Shown: positions 28,862 through 39,182 of the stretch, one piece after another | Layout: every line of letters starts with the position of its first letter | How positions within the stretch are numbered: the first letter of the stretch is position 1 | IMG/VR virus record: IMGVR_UViG_2660238492_000006 | Location: 25,679 to 89,678 of that record | Direction: 5' to 3' (one strand) | Length of the DNA stretch: 64,000 nt | From: a virus | Taxonomy: Duplodnaviria; Caudoviricetes | Notes under the pieces: generated by a model | Told to the model about the DNA's origin: nothing | The model's database searches: none | The model's input: only the letters and a program-made list of their open reading frames with translations | Program-made: the position numbers and the translations under genes

Positions 28862-30319
28862 TTACTTTAATGCATTTTTAGTTTTTAATATATTGTAGGC
28901 CTTTAATACTTTTGAAGCATAATATTTCTTTTCGTTTGGATCCCAGTCTGAATTATTTGCCTTCACATAACTATATAGTGCATCTCCTAATTGCTTAACT
29001 GTTACAGTTGATGTATTATATCCATTTTGCTTACAAGAATTAAGAACAGTACCTTCACCACTGTTATAAGCAGAAAATATTACATGAGGTTGAATTCCTA
29101 CAGCACTCATTTTTTGCTTATACTCTTTTAATCCTTGCTCTATATTAGTAGCCGAATCAGACGATCCACCTTCAACTTGCATTAAACCATGATAAGTGTT
29201 TCCACAATAAGGATTCCCTTCACTTTCTATTGCAATAATTGCAGCAGTAACATAAGCATCTATTTTATATGCATTAGATTTATTTATAATAATATCTTTA
29301 AAATTATATTTACTCATATTAGAAATAAATGTATTGCAATTACCTTCAACAGCAGTTAAATTACCCACATATTCGTCTGGAACACCTTCAATATTAATGT
29401 CTGCATATCCAGTTTTACTTGCTGGTATTACTCTTTTAACAGAATAAATATCTGTTCTTGTAACATCTACAGTTTTTACTACATCTCCAGTTCTTGGGGC
29501 ATGAAGCATTTTATTATCACCAATATAAACACTAACATGAGCTGGTGCTTGATAACTACCATTACCAATCCAAAATAATAAATCTCCTGGTTCCCAACTC
29601 TCTTTACTATTTTTATCAACCTCAGTTCCTTGTTTACATTGCTCATAAGTAGTCCAACCAAGTGTTAGTCCTAATTCTGCTTTGTATTGATTATAACAAT
29701 ATTCTACTAGGCCACTACAATCGAATGTATCTGCTCCATGTGCACCCCAAACATACGATTTGCCTTCTTGTTGTTTTAAAACAGAATAAATTTTTTCCCA
29801 TAAAGCAGAACTTGAAGCTGAATTTCCTTCTTCATCTTCATCCTCATATAAATCTGTCCATTCCATTTCATCCATAACACGTGATGGTGTTAATGTAAGT
29901 TTGCTTATAAATAAATTATTAGCTTTCCATTTATGTTCTACTTCTTTAATATACATAAAACAATCTTCATATCCTTTTAAAAATTGCGCAACTAAATGAA
30001 CTCCAAAACCTACTCTATAGTCTATATTGCCTATACATTCTACTTCTATAGTTTCTTTAGGTTTGCAGTTCTCATTTAATAATCTTTTTGCTTTTAAAGT
30101 GGGATCTTCTTTCTTAGATTTAAAAATAATATCCTGTATAAGTCCATATTTTTTAATAATGCCACTAGGAGCTGTTAAAGTATTATTAATTGCTTTAGCT
30201 TCTTCACCAGTTGTTTCATCTGTCAAATTCTTTAATCCTAATAATTCATTTACTTTTTTAGTTCCTAATGTTTGTGCTTTTCCAATACTCATATGTTCAA
30301 GTTCAGGAGACTTAGCCAT
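28862..30319 (-). CDS. Baseplate hub C-terminal part fused to NlpC/P60 and SLT-like hydrolases
   Basis: KYGLIQ hub motif; YVWGA..FDCSG..HV catalytic motif; AIIAIES..GLMQ..AYNSG. Confidence 0.88.
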   Translation of the reverse strand: MAKSPELEHMSIGKAQTLGTKKVNELLGLKNLTDETTGEEAKAINNTLTAPSGIIKKYGLIQDIIFKSKKEDPTLKAKRLLNENCKPKETIEVECIGNIDYRVGFGVHLVAQFLKGYEDCFMYIKEVEHKWKANNLFISKLTLTPSRVMDEMEWTDLYEDEDEEGNSASSSALWEKIYSVLKQQEGKSYVWGAHGADTFDCSGLVEYCYNQYKAELGLTLGWTTYEQCKQGTEVDKNSKESWEPGDLLFWIGNGSYQAPAHVSVYIGDNKMLHAPRTGDVVKTVDVTRTDIYSVKRVIPASKTGYADINIEGVPDEYVGNLTAVEGNCNTFISNMSKYNFKDIIINKSNAYKIDAYVTAAIIAIESEGNPYCGNTYHGLMQVEGGSSDSATNIEQGLKEYKQKMSAVGIQPHVIFSAYNSGEGTVLNSCKQNGYNTSTVTVKQLGDALYSYVKANNSDWDPNEKKYYASKVLKAYNILKTKNALK

Positions 30320-31128
30320 TATTCTTCACCACCTTCATCATCATCACCTTCAGCAGATTCTCCAATTTCTATATCTACTGGATTTCCTTTACTATCAAAT
30401 AATTGTACTCTTGTAATCATATCTGACATATCATTTCTATAACTTAGCGAAATCATTGTACCATCTGGATTAGGTAAAGATGGACTAGAGCATGGTCTAA
30501 TTGTTTGCTTACTCCAATATCTATCACATTCCATTAAGTTTACATTTCCTGCTACATCCATAAACATATAATAGTAAGTTCCGAACTGGTTGTGAGTTTC
30601 TGTTGCTATCATCATACAGGCATCATAAGCACTTTTGTTTTTAACTAAGTGTTCTATATTTATTGATGCCCCTTCTCCATTAGGGCCACCTAAAATTCCA
30701 TCTACTGAATATGGAATTTCTAAATCATTAAAGATTTTACATACAGCATCAAAAGCACTTATATTATTAAAATTATAGACAACCTTAGATTTAGTTAAAT
30801 ACCAGATAAAATCGTAACAAGTTAGTTCTAGTTCTTCTTTATCGGCCTTTAAATTAGAAGTTATTACTTTACCTTTAAAAATATTTCTACTGCCAACATA
30901 GATTTCTATTTTTTGCCCTGGTTCTATATAACGAGAAGGTAAATCACTATAAATTCCATAAGCTAATGTTACATCTACTTGTTGTGCTATTTTATCTAAA
31001 CTACAAGTGTATTTTACATTTGTAATTAAATCATTTAAAATTCTAAAAGTACCATCATTTTCATAAATATAAACGCTTAATTCCATATGTAATATTCCTT
31101 TCTTTAAATTTAAGTATAAAAATAACAC
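30319..31128 (-). CDS. Baseplate hub N-terminal part (XkdQ/YqbQ-like)
   Basis: IFKGKV..LTCYD..WYL motifs; synteny. Confidence 0.8.
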   Translation of the reverse strand: MLFLYLNLKKGILHMELSVYIYENDGTFRILNDLITNVKYTCSLDKIAQQVDVTLAYGIYSDLPSRYIEPGQKIEIYVGSRNIFKGKVITSNLKADKEELELTCYDFIWYLTKSKVVYNFNNISAFDAVCKIFNDLEIPYSVDGILGGPNGEGASINIEHLVKNKSAYDACMMIATETHNQFGTYYYMFMDVAGNVNLMECDRYWSKQTIRPCSSPSLPNPDGTMISLSYRNDMSDMITRVQLFDSKGNPVDIEIGESAEGDDDEGGEE

Positions 31129-31158
31129 CTAGGATTTCCTAAGTGTTTAAAAATTTTT

Positions 31159-31443
31159 CTATTTATTTTTACGCATTTCTTCTAGTAGTTCTACTTGTTT
31201 CTCTGTATTTTCAGCTATAATAGCAATACAACCAAATAAGGCTTTAACAGCTAAACCTAATATAAAAATAGAAATAGATCCAACTATCAATGCTATTGCT
31301 GTTCCTATATTTCCAGTTAAAAAAGAGCCAATCATTCCAATTATCATTACTATTGCAACAATATTAAACACAGTAGCAATATTTTCTCCTGATAATTTGG
31401 TTTTTCTTATTATGTCGTTTTTTTCAATATTATTATTGTCCAT
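31159..31443 (-). CDS. Two-TM membrane protein (moron)
   Basis: Own TTGACA-N16-TACAAT promoter (31500-31473) and a downstream hairpin terminator (about 31118-31150). Confidence 0.75.
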   Translation of the reverse strand: MDNNNIEKNDIIRKTKLSGENIATVFNIVAIVMIIGMIGSFLTGNIGTAIALIVGSISIFILGLAVKALFGCIAIIAENTEKQVELLEEMRKNK

Positions 31444-31500
31444 GTATATCCCCCTAAACAGTATATACTATAATTGTATATTATTAGAAAGTTTTGTCAA

Positions 31501-32214
31501 TCATCTTATCTTATAGCTTTTTCCTGCTATAACTACAGGAGTAGTAAGATTATTTAAGCTCATTATTGTTTTATAATATTCACTGCTTCCATAAAGTTTT
31601 TTAGCCATATCCTGTATAGATTCACCTGATTCAGGATAATAAATATCGCTAGGGTAATCTGTTGTTCCATTTTCTCCAGTTTCTAAACTTATTTTTTTAT
31701 ATTCTTGAAATTGTAGGTCATAATATACATTTCCTATTCCATCTTTTCTACCATATTTAAAATTAGTTATTTGACAATAATAATAGTTCCCCCAAGTATT
31801 AAACATAAATACTAATGGTATTTGTTTATTTTTCCATTCTAATAATGTCGCACAATAAAAAGTATACGGATCTTCTGTACCACTAGATAAGTCAAAAGGA
31901 TATTTCCATATAGAATAAGCTTTATTTTTATTATAACAAGCTTTATTACTTCTCTTTGGGAAAAAAGATGATATTGACCATTTTGCCAATTTTCTATTTA
32001 TACTAATAGGTATCTCTCCATAATTCATTAATTTTAATGTTTGGCTGTCTGAACTTTCATCAAACATTAAATCAGAAGGTGATACTGGCAAAAGAATAAC
32101 TCTTTCTTCTACTGGTTTAGAATTATCACTATCAACTCTTAAGCCATTCATATTTTCATAATGTTTCAATGTAGTGATTACTATTTGTGAATCATTTAGT
32201 GCATATTGTGCCAT
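31501..32214 (-). CDS. XkdP-like tail tube initiator with LysM domain
   Basis: LLPVSP N-terminus; C-terminal GESIQDMAKKLYGS..N. Confidence 0.85.
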   Translation of the reverse strand: MAQYALNDSQIVITTLKHYENMNGLRVDSDNSKPVEERVILLPVSPSDLMFDESSDSQTLKLMNYGEIPISINRKLAKWSISSFFPKRSNKACYNKNKAYSIWKYPFDLSSGTEDPYTFYCATLLEWKNKQIPLVFMFNTWGNYYYCQITNFKYGRKDGIGNVYYDLQFQEYKKISLETGENGTTDYPSDIYYPESGESIQDMAKKLYGSSEYYKTIMSLNNLTTPVVIAGKSYKIR

Positions 32215-32222
32215 AAAATCAC

Positions 32223-34175
32223 CTACTTTCTATTCTTTTGAGCTGCTTTTATAGAGTTCATTATCTCATCAAAATTATTAGCTTCTACTTTATGAATAGT
32301 TATATTATATTTAGCCTTATCATCATTATTTATCTCATATTTTAATTTACTTTTTTCATCATCTGATAACTTATTATTTTTATCTATTGCAGTACTTGCA
32401 TTTGCATCAGTTAATAGCTTAGGACCCATCATAGGATTATCACTGTATAAAAGCCATTTAGGAATTCCAAATTTATTGTTCAACCAATTTAGATCATTTT
32501 TATTTCTTTCTTGTCTATCTTCTGCTGTCATTTTAGTTCCTTTACTTCCAAGTATTCCATAATCAGTTTTTATTCCTAAAGCATTATATACCCAATCTAA
32601 TTTTCCACTAAACCAATCACCAGTAGCATCTAACCAATTTCCTTGAGCAATATCTGCTCCAACTTGAAAATCTGTAGTTTTATTTATTACTTCATTTCCA
32701 ACTACTTTTTCTACTAATGAAGGTAAGTTATCTATAAGTTTATCAAGTTGCCCACTGTTAACAAAATTATTAATTAAATTAGCTAAAGCACCTCCAATTT
32801 TTGTTATAGATTCAGCTACTTTATTTATGGTATCAGGTTCTAATGCATCACTAAATGCGTTTGAAATTGATGTAAATACACTACCAAATGAATTTCCGAT
32901 TGTTTCTAGACCCTTAACAGTATTTGCATCCTCTAATTTATCTTTCAAATTATCAACCATTTCAGCAACAGCAGCAAAAACCCCACCTTCTTTTGCAGTA
33001 CCATTAATAGTATCAATCCCCATTATTTCGGATTTTAGATTTGCCCAAACCCCTTCTAATCTTTCTAATTTACCTTTAACTGATTTAGCATAAGTTTCAG
33101 CATAACCATTCATAGGAGATTGTTCGATATAGCTAGCGAGTAAATTAAAATATTTTTGGGGATCACCAGCTGTACCTTTTTTGCTTAATGCACCTTTAAG
33201 GGATTTGTATTCTTCAGGATTAGATTTTTTTAAACTGTCATAATGACTTTTAAGATTTTTATTATTTATTCCATACATTTGTAGCATGGCAATTCTACCT
33301 TCAATGGCTTCTTTAACTGCTAATCCTATGTGGCTTGTTTCTACTTCATCTCTAGTACCTGCTACGTCTAAAAGCTTTTCTAATTGATCTCTTGTAGGGG
33401 TTATACTCATCTGCGCTAGTTTTGATGTAATATCTATTGTATCTGTTTCACTAGCATATGTTTTTTTTGCTTCATATGTTGCATTTTGATATGCTTCTAA
33501 TCCTTTTTGTTCATCACCATAAAATAAATTAAGTTTCATTCTACCGGTTTCAAAATCCATGGATTCTTCAACAGCACTTTTAACTCCATCATAACTGAAT
33601 AATCCATCAGATACTTTATTGAGTATTCCAAAACCTTGTTCCATCCAATTATTCATAGTTTTCATAACTGCAATACTTGCCGTAATGCCTGCACCTATAA
33701 GACCTAGTTTCCCTATTATTCCACCAAACCCACTTTGCAAAAAGCTTTGTGCAAAATCTTTAAATCCATCAGAACCACCTGAGCCACCAGAACTAGAACC
33801 ACCGCCACCATTCCATATATTATTGGATTCGTGTTCAGCCTTTGAATATGCATCTTGTATATTCATTCCCAACTTTATATATTTCTGTGCTAGTCCTTCT
33901 ATTGTTTTCTCTTGATTCTGTTTAACTCTATCATTTGCTTTATTAATTGCATCAGCAACACTATCACCTTTTTGAATAAACTTTTGTGCTATTTTATCAA
34001 CTTGTTGGGAAGTTTTAGTTGTATCATTTATTATTTTCTGATTACTATTAACAACACTACTAGCAAATTGTTCAAACTTAGTTTCTGATGCTAATATTCC
34101 ATTTGCAAATCTTTGAAATGCACTAGTATAGTTATCCTCAATTGACAGCCTACCACCTAATATGTTTTCTGCCAT
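32223..34175 (-). CDS. Tape measure protein
   Basis: Ala/Gly-rich helical protein following the tail chaperones. Confidence 0.85.
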   Translation of the reverse strand: MAENILGGRLSIEDNYTSAFQRFANGILASETKFEQFASSVVNSNQKIINDTTKTSQQVDKIAQKFIQKGDSVADAINKANDRVKQNQEKTIEGLAQKYIKLGMNIQDAYSKAEHESNNIWNGGGGSSSGGSGGSDGFKDFAQSFLQSGFGGIIGKLGLIGAGITASIAVMKTMNNWMEQGFGILNKVSDGLFSYDGVKSAVEESMDFETGRMKLNLFYGDEQKGLEAYQNATYEAKKTYASETDTIDITSKLAQMSITPTRDQLEKLLDVAGTRDEVETSHIGLAVKEAIEGRIAMLQMYGINNKNLKSHYDSLKKSNPEEYKSLKGALSKKGTAGDPQKYFNLLASYIEQSPMNGYAETYAKSVKGKLERLEGVWANLKSEIMGIDTINGTAKEGGVFAAVAEMVDNLKDKLEDANTVKGLETIGNSFGSVFTSISNAFSDALEPDTINKVAESITKIGGALANLINNFVNSGQLDKLIDNLPSLVEKVVGNEVINKTTDFQVGADIAQGNWLDATGDWFSGKLDWVYNALGIKTDYGILGSKGTKMTAEDRQERNKNDLNWLNNKFGIPKWLLYSDNPMMGPKLLTDANASTAIDKNNKLSDDEKSKLKYEINNDDKAKYNITIHKVEANNFDEIMNSIKAAQKNRK

Positions 34176-34187
34176 ATACCTCCCTCC

Positions 34188-34406
34188 TTATTTCTTTTTC
34201 GCATATGGGTTAGCTAATTTTCCTGTGTATTCTGCTAACGCTATGTTATTATCAGTTTCTTGTTTCTTCATCAATAGCATACTTTCTATCATAAATGTTT
34301 TTTCTAATTCAGATAAATTACATAATTCTTTTAAAGTATGTCCGTGCTGAAGATAGTGAGATATCATATAAAGTTCTATATCTATCTCTTTACCATCTTC
34401 GGACAT
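34188..34406 (-). CDS. Tail assembly chaperone, post-frameshift (T) segment
   Basis: In the -1 frame relative to the upstream chaperone; HYLQHGH..L..LS..EK motif. Confidence 0.75.
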   Translation of the reverse strand: MSEDGKEIDIELYMISHYLQHGHTLKELCNLSELEKTFMIESMLLMKKQETDNNIALAEYTGKLANPYAKKK

Positions 34407-34408
34407 TA

Positions 34409-34807
34409 TTAGTTTTTTATTTCTTCACTTTCCTTCATGAACATTTCTTGTGGATCTAATTTACTTAAACCATTTAATTTATTTAAAAGCTCTGTTATTG
34501 CAAATATTTGATTTTCCCTAGGAAACAATCTTTCTACTATATTTAAAGAGTTAGTTGTGCATCCATAAGCTTCTAACAATTTGGGATCTCTTAATGAATC
34601 TATACTCATATATATCATTTTATAAGTTCCTCTTTTTGCATCTTTTTTCATTTCAGCTCTAACATCTGCTAAATCACCTTTTGAAAGAGAATGTGCTTCA
34701 AACTCTCCCTTAAGTTTTTCGCAGTGTATCATTCCTCTTTGTTCTTTTGCTTCTTCTTTTAATTCTTCTTTTTTAGATATAATATCCTCTATAGTTAATA
34801 ATGCCAT
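34409..34807 (-). CDS. Tail assembly chaperone (XkdN-like)
   Basis: LRDPKLLEAYG; ends EEIKN on an A AAA AAC slippery site. Confidence 0.85.
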   Translation of the reverse strand: MALLTIEDIISKKEELKEEAKEQRGMIHCEKLKGEFEAHSLSKGDLADVRAEMKKDAKRGTYKMIYMSIDSLRDPKLLEAYGCTTNSLNIVERLFPRENQIFAITELLNKLNGLSKLDPQEMFMKESEEIKN

Positions 34808-34860
34808 GTATAATCATCCTTTCAATTTAAAATTAAAAGGTAGAGCATTAAAATTTTACT

Positions 34861-35322
34861 CTACCAATCTTCTCCATCATCTATAATATTAGTATAATTA
34901 CTATTCTCAATCATGAATCCTGCTTCAAAACTATCTTCTCCAAAATCATTTTCACTTGCTAATTTCATTAATACTGTTTTCCCTTTTATCCATGCTTTTG
35001 TTATAGCAATACTCTCTTCTTCTTCTCCATTAGGAGTATAATTTGTAGCTTCAAAATCAAAGACAAAATTTTGTAGCTTTTTAGCAGCTTCTAAAATTGC
35101 TGGTTTAAATCTGCTGTATCTTTTATTTAGTTTAAATGCTATAGTACATTTGTAACTCATTGTCACTTCTGCATCTGTAGCACTATTCATTAATGGCAAG
35201 TTCTTAGTATTAGGTTCAACGCTAATTTCACATTCTTTTAATTCAGCTAATTCAATACCATTTATTTTCATGTACCCCTTATTGGTTCTAACAACATCAT
35301 AAGGATTTAATTGTTGGCTCAT
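34861..35322 (-). CDS. Tail tube protein (XkdM-like)
   Basis: Size and position after the sheath. Confidence 0.8.
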   Translation of the reverse strand: MSQQLNPYDVVRTNKGYMKINGIELAELKECEISVEPNTKNLPLMNSATDAEVTMSYKCTIAFKLNKRYSRFKPAILEAAKKLQNFVFDFEATNYTPNGEEEESIAITKAWIKGKTVLMKLASENDFGEDSFEAGFMIENSNYTNIIDDGEDW

Positions 35323-35337
35323 TCAATTCACTCCTTT

Positions 35338-36423
35338 CTAAGTTTCATATTGTAGACAAATATGAATGTCTTCAATACAATCCATAATTTTTAATGTAAT
35401 TTTTATAAATACATAACTTCCTGTTTTAGCTTTTAAAACTTCTTCATCTTTCATTTCATCAGTATTAATGCCTTTACTTTCTAAATATTTTCTAGTAGCT
35501 TCAGCATCTAATTCAGCAAAAGATTCTTCATCATTACTTAAGTAACCTTCATTACTTAAAGTTCTTAAATAAGAGTTCAGCTCATTTATCAATGTTTTTC
35601 TATTTTTATATGAGTTTCCTATTTTGCCTAAATAGTGTGATTCAAATATTTTATTAGAATCTGATTTCACAAGATCCATAGTTTCAACAATTCTTATTTT
35701 AGATAATGCTTCTGATTGTGTATTTTCGATAACTTCAAGTGAATTTACACCTCTTGAGTAAACAATGTTAGTACCATTGTTATATAAAAATAATTCCCCA
35801 TTAGATACACACTCATTGTTGTCTACTTTCACATCACAACTTTTTACATTCTTTGCAATGTGGTTTGTAACAGCTTCATTTGCGCCCAAAGTACATAATG
35901 TAGCTGCTGTTTGTATTGTATATTCTTCTGGAGAAATATCCCCTAAGTCTTTTCCAGTAAAATTTACTATCCCTTCAAAATTACTTTTATAATTGTAGAG
36001 TACAGCTTTTATTTGATAGTCTTCTTCTTTTCTTTGAGATTTAATAAAATCTGCTACCTTCTTTTTATCCTCATCTGTTTTAATTTGTGGTACTGCCAAC
36101 CATCCATTTTCATTTACTTTATTAAGTAATGATAATGATTTATCTAGAGAACCAGTTAATCCACTTTCAGCGTGTCCAACAGATACTATTAATGTTTTAA
36201 CTCCATAATCAGCGAAAATTGTACTTATAAGAGATTTATTCTTTTCTTCATATTTTTCAACAACTTTTTTTAATTTGGAATATTGATATACTCCTGAAGT
36301 TACAGTTGGATCATCTAGAATTAGAAAAAGCACTCCATGCTTTGCTCTAATATTGGCTGTCTCTGCTAATGCCTGTACTGTAAATTTAGTACCATGCATA
36401 GTATTACTTGTTGCCATACACAT
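35338..36423 (-). CDS. Tail sheath protein (XkdK-like)
   Basis: RGVNSL, KIRIVETMD, YLGKIGNSYKN. Confidence 0.92.
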   Translation of the reverse strand: MCMATSNTMHGTKFTVQALAETANIRAKHGVLFLILDDPTVTSGVYQYSKLKKVVEKYEEKNKSLISTIFADYGVKTLIVSVGHAESGLTGSLDKSLSLLNKVNENGWLAVPQIKTDEDKKKVADFIKSQRKEEDYQIKAVLYNYKSNFEGIVNFTGKDLGDISPEEYTIQTAATLCTLGANEAVTNHIAKNVKSCDVKVDNNECVSNGELFLYNNGTNIVYSRGVNSLEVIENTQSEALSKIRIVETMDLVKSDSNKIFESHYLGKIGNSYKNRKTLINELNSYLRTLSNEGYLSNDEESFAELDAEATRKYLESKGINTDEMKDEEVLKAKTGSYVFIKITLKIMDCIEDIHICLQYET

Positions 36424-36473
36424 CTCTCCTTTCTAATTTTGTGCATAAAAATAAGACCAGTTATAACTAGTCC

Positions 36474-36917
36474 TTAATCACTAATATTTAGTTTTAATAT
36501 TCCCATAAGCTTATCATAAGTTGCATCTGGAGTTTCTGGAACAGGTTCAGCTTTTCCATCATAAAAGTTTAGAGTCATCATAAAATTAAGACAATCTTCA
36601 TTATAATTTATATCTTTATTAAGTATAGGTAACATCCTTGACTTAACACATATATGTTCATCAAACAATTCAGTTAAATCATCAATCATTTTTAAAGAAT
36701 TTTCTTGTGTTTTAATATCTTCCACAAAGGTTATATAGATATTACAAAGTTTCTTTCTAAAATTAAAATGATTGGTGCTTTTTAGTGGTTTAATTTTAAT
36801 ACTAAATGTTGGAATGATTATCTCTTTTTTATTATCATCAATAAATATATTATTTTTAGGAAACCTATCTTTTAATGTTTTACATACACTATATAAAAGC
36901 TCCACATTTTCAATCAT
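36474..36917 (-). CDS. Tail terminator/completion protein
   Basis: Synteny; P.F.I motif. Confidence 0.7.
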   Translation of the reverse strand: MIENVELLYSVCKTLKDRFPKNNIFIDDNKKEIIIPTFSIKIKPLKSTNHFNFRKKLCNIYITFVEDIKTQENSLKMIDDLTELFDEHICVKSRMLPILNKDINYNEDCLNFMMTLNFYDGKAEPVPETPDATYDKLMGILKLNISD

Positions 36918-37351
36918 TTAAATGTATCACCTATCTTTCTTCTTAACTTTTCTGGTAATTCAGATTGTACTATGATTAAGCTATCTCTTACTGTATGCTT
37001 TCCTGGTACAAACTCTTTAACAAGCTTTTTACCAATAGAAGGAACATATTTTCCTACTTCTTGTTTATGACCGTTCTCATAAGCATCAGCATAAGGTGCT
37101 TGATTTGAGTCATATCCAACTTTAATAGAATGAATGTTATTTTCTATTTCAATTTTCCCACTAGTTGCAGATCTTCTTAAGTTTCCTGTTTTTACTGAGG
37201 TTCTAGCTTGAATTTCAGCAACACCTTCTATTGAACCTTCCATTAATGTATCATCTATAACATTATTTAATTGTTGTTTAGCGAAATTAATTTTACTTAT
37301 GAACTCATTGAAACCAAAAGTACTACTCATTATTCTCAACCTCAGTTTCAA
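36914..37351 (-). CDS. HK97 gp10-family neck protein
   Basis: VKTGNLRRS and YA..YENGH motifs. Confidence 0.85.
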   Translation of the reverse strand: MKLRLRIMSSTFGFNEFISKINFAKQQLNNVIDDTLMEGSIEGVAEIQARTSVKTGNLRRSATSGKIEIENNIHSIKVGYDSNQAPYADAYENGHKQEVGKYVPSIGKKLVKEFVPGKHTVRDSLIIVQSELPEKLRRKIGDTFK

Positions 37352-37679
37352 TAATCTTTATATCTTCTTTAGTTTCTAGTATCATCAAATCTAAATAATC
37401 ATCCCATTCAATTATTTTTTGTATAGAATAAAACTTATTTCTATAACCAATAACAGCACTTTCAGTTATTTCGCTATAAATATCAGAAAAAACTCTTTTA
37501 GTACACTCAATGTCATATCCATAATCTTTTTTACATTTCTCAGCAGAATAAGGTTGTACATCCACCAAGTAAGGTGCATTACATGCATTTATATAGCCAT
37601 CACGTGTTATTTTGTGTTCATCTTCATAAGGTCTATAGGTATAAATATTTATCTCTTTATCGTAGTACATAATCACCAC
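37323..37679 (-). CDS. Head closure protein
   Basis: DVQPYS..KKDYG motif; synteny. Confidence 0.75.
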   Translation of the reverse strand: MVIMYYDKEINIYTYRPYEDEHKITRDGYINACNAPYLVDVQPYSAEKCKKDYGYDIECTKRVFSDIYSEITESAVIGYRNKFYSIQKIIEWDDYLDLMILETKEDIKIIETEVENNE

Positions 37680-37957
37680 ACCTTAAAATTAATTGGATTA
37701 GGCAATAAAGCCTTAATATCTTCTGTTATCACCCAAGCTTCAATATTATCCATAAAAGTAGTACTTCTATCACCTTGACTTTGTGATATAACTCCAACGC
37801 TTTCTTTAGTCTTTTCAATTTTTTTAGAATTTTTAATAAGCTGCTCTACTGCAAATGAATAATTAGTTAGAATATATTCATTAGTCCATTTGGAATTATT
37901 AAATACTTTAAGATATTTTTTTATAATAAAAATAGCTTTTTCTTGATCTTTATCCAT
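37673..37957 (-). CDS. Head-tail adaptor
   Basis: SQSQGDRSTTF..IKALLP. Confidence 0.75.
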   Translation of the reverse strand: MDKDQEKAIFIIKKYLKVFNNSKWTNEYILTNYSFAVEQLIKNSKKIEKTKESVGVISQSQGDRSTTFMDNIEAWVITEDIKALLPNPINFKVW

Positions 37958-37968
37958 AGGTGTATCAC

Positions 37969-38226
37969 CTACTTTCTAAAATTATTTATTATAAAATTAA
38001 TCAATTCATCTTTTCCTAACTTGCTATATCCTTCTAAATTATTATCTTTGCAAATATTCTTTAACTGATCCATTGTCATATTCATTAGTTCTTCTTGATT
38101 GAAGGTTTCCATATCATTATTTTCTGTTTTTTCTTCAACTATCTTAAAACCTAAAGAAACAAGCTTTTCAGCCTGTTCCTCAGTACTTACAATCTTTTGA
38201 ACATTCATATTTTCAAGCTTTATCAT
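37969..38226 (-). CDS. Small protein with Rho-N/HeH-like domain
   Basis: MTMDQLKNICKDNNLEGYSKLGKDELI. Confidence 0.75.
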   Translation of the reverse strand: MIKLENMNVQKIVSTEEQAEKLVSLGFKIVEEKTENNDMETFNQEELMNMTMDQLKNICKDNNLEGYSKLGKDELINFIINNFRK

Positions 38227-38236
38227 TCAATCACTC

Positions 38237-39148
38237 CTATGCCTTAGCTTGCTTAATGCTTACATGTGATGCTTTAATTTTTTCATCTGTAATCCATAAA
38301 TCATGATACTTTCTATAAGCAATCTTCCATGCATCAGCATCTTGATTTGATTCTGGATCAATGATTTTAGGTTTATCAGTTTTTGAAACTGCTATTGGAG
38401 CTATTCTTGGAGTAATAATCCAGTTGATATCTTTAGCATCATCAGCTGCCTTAAATCCTCCTACTTCTTGACCAGAAGTCTTACCATCATTGAACATGTA
38501 TTTAGTTTTCATTCTTGCAGATGGAACTGGTAATAATGGAACTCCATCAATCGAACTTACTTCAGTAACAATATCCCCACTTGTAAATTGAACCTTTTCA
38601 AGTCTAGTTCCTTGCTCTAATAAACTTAATACAAGTCTAGAGATACAGCACACTAAATTTACATCCCCTGTAACATCTTTTATTGTATCTATTTCAGTTT
38701 TTAAAGTATTCATAATTGTTGTAGCATCTGCAGTATAACCATAACTTGCTTTATCTTTAGCCATTATCTGTTGTGCCAAAGAACTATATCTGTAAGCATC
38801 AATTTCTGGAATAACATTTTCACTTTGGAATGTACTCATTACAGCTCCAGCAGTTGATACAAAATTTGTTTCATCAACATCCATTGAATCAAGTAAAAAA
38901 CTTCTTGATCTATCTTGAGTCATAGTTTTAGTTTCATATTCAAAGGTAATTGCACCACCTGCATATCCATTTGATCTGTCATAATCTCCTAATCCATTAG
39001 TAGATAGCTTAGGAATTTTAACAGTATTTCCACCTTTATAAATAACTTGTCCTGCGTTAGCTTCCATCCAATTAGAAGTAGCCGCTGCTAATATTTGTTT
39101 GTCTAATGCCTTTTGAAAAATTTGTGCATATTGTATTGTATTTGCCAT
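38237..39148 (-). CDS. Major capsid protein
   Basis: TVKIPK..GLGDYDR, DVDETNF, PEIDAYR, YRKYHDLW. Confidence 0.92.
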   Translation of the reverse strand: MANTIQYAQIFQKALDKQILAAATSNWMEANAGQVIYKGGNTVKIPKLSTNGLGDYDRSNGYAGGAITFEYETKTMTQDRSRSFLLDSMDVDETNFVSTAGAVMSTFQSENVIPEIDAYRYSSLAQQIMAKDKASYGYTADATTIMNTLKTEIDTIKDVTGDVNLVCCISRLVLSLLEQGTRLEKVQFTSGDIVTEVSSIDGVPLLPVPSARMKTKYMFNDGKTSGQEVGGFKAADDAKDINWIITPRIAPIAVSKTDKPKIIDPESNQDADAWKIAYRKYHDLWITDEKIKASHVSIKQAKA

Positions 39149-39182
39149 GATTTAATCATCCTCTCTTTTTGTGTTTATTTTT

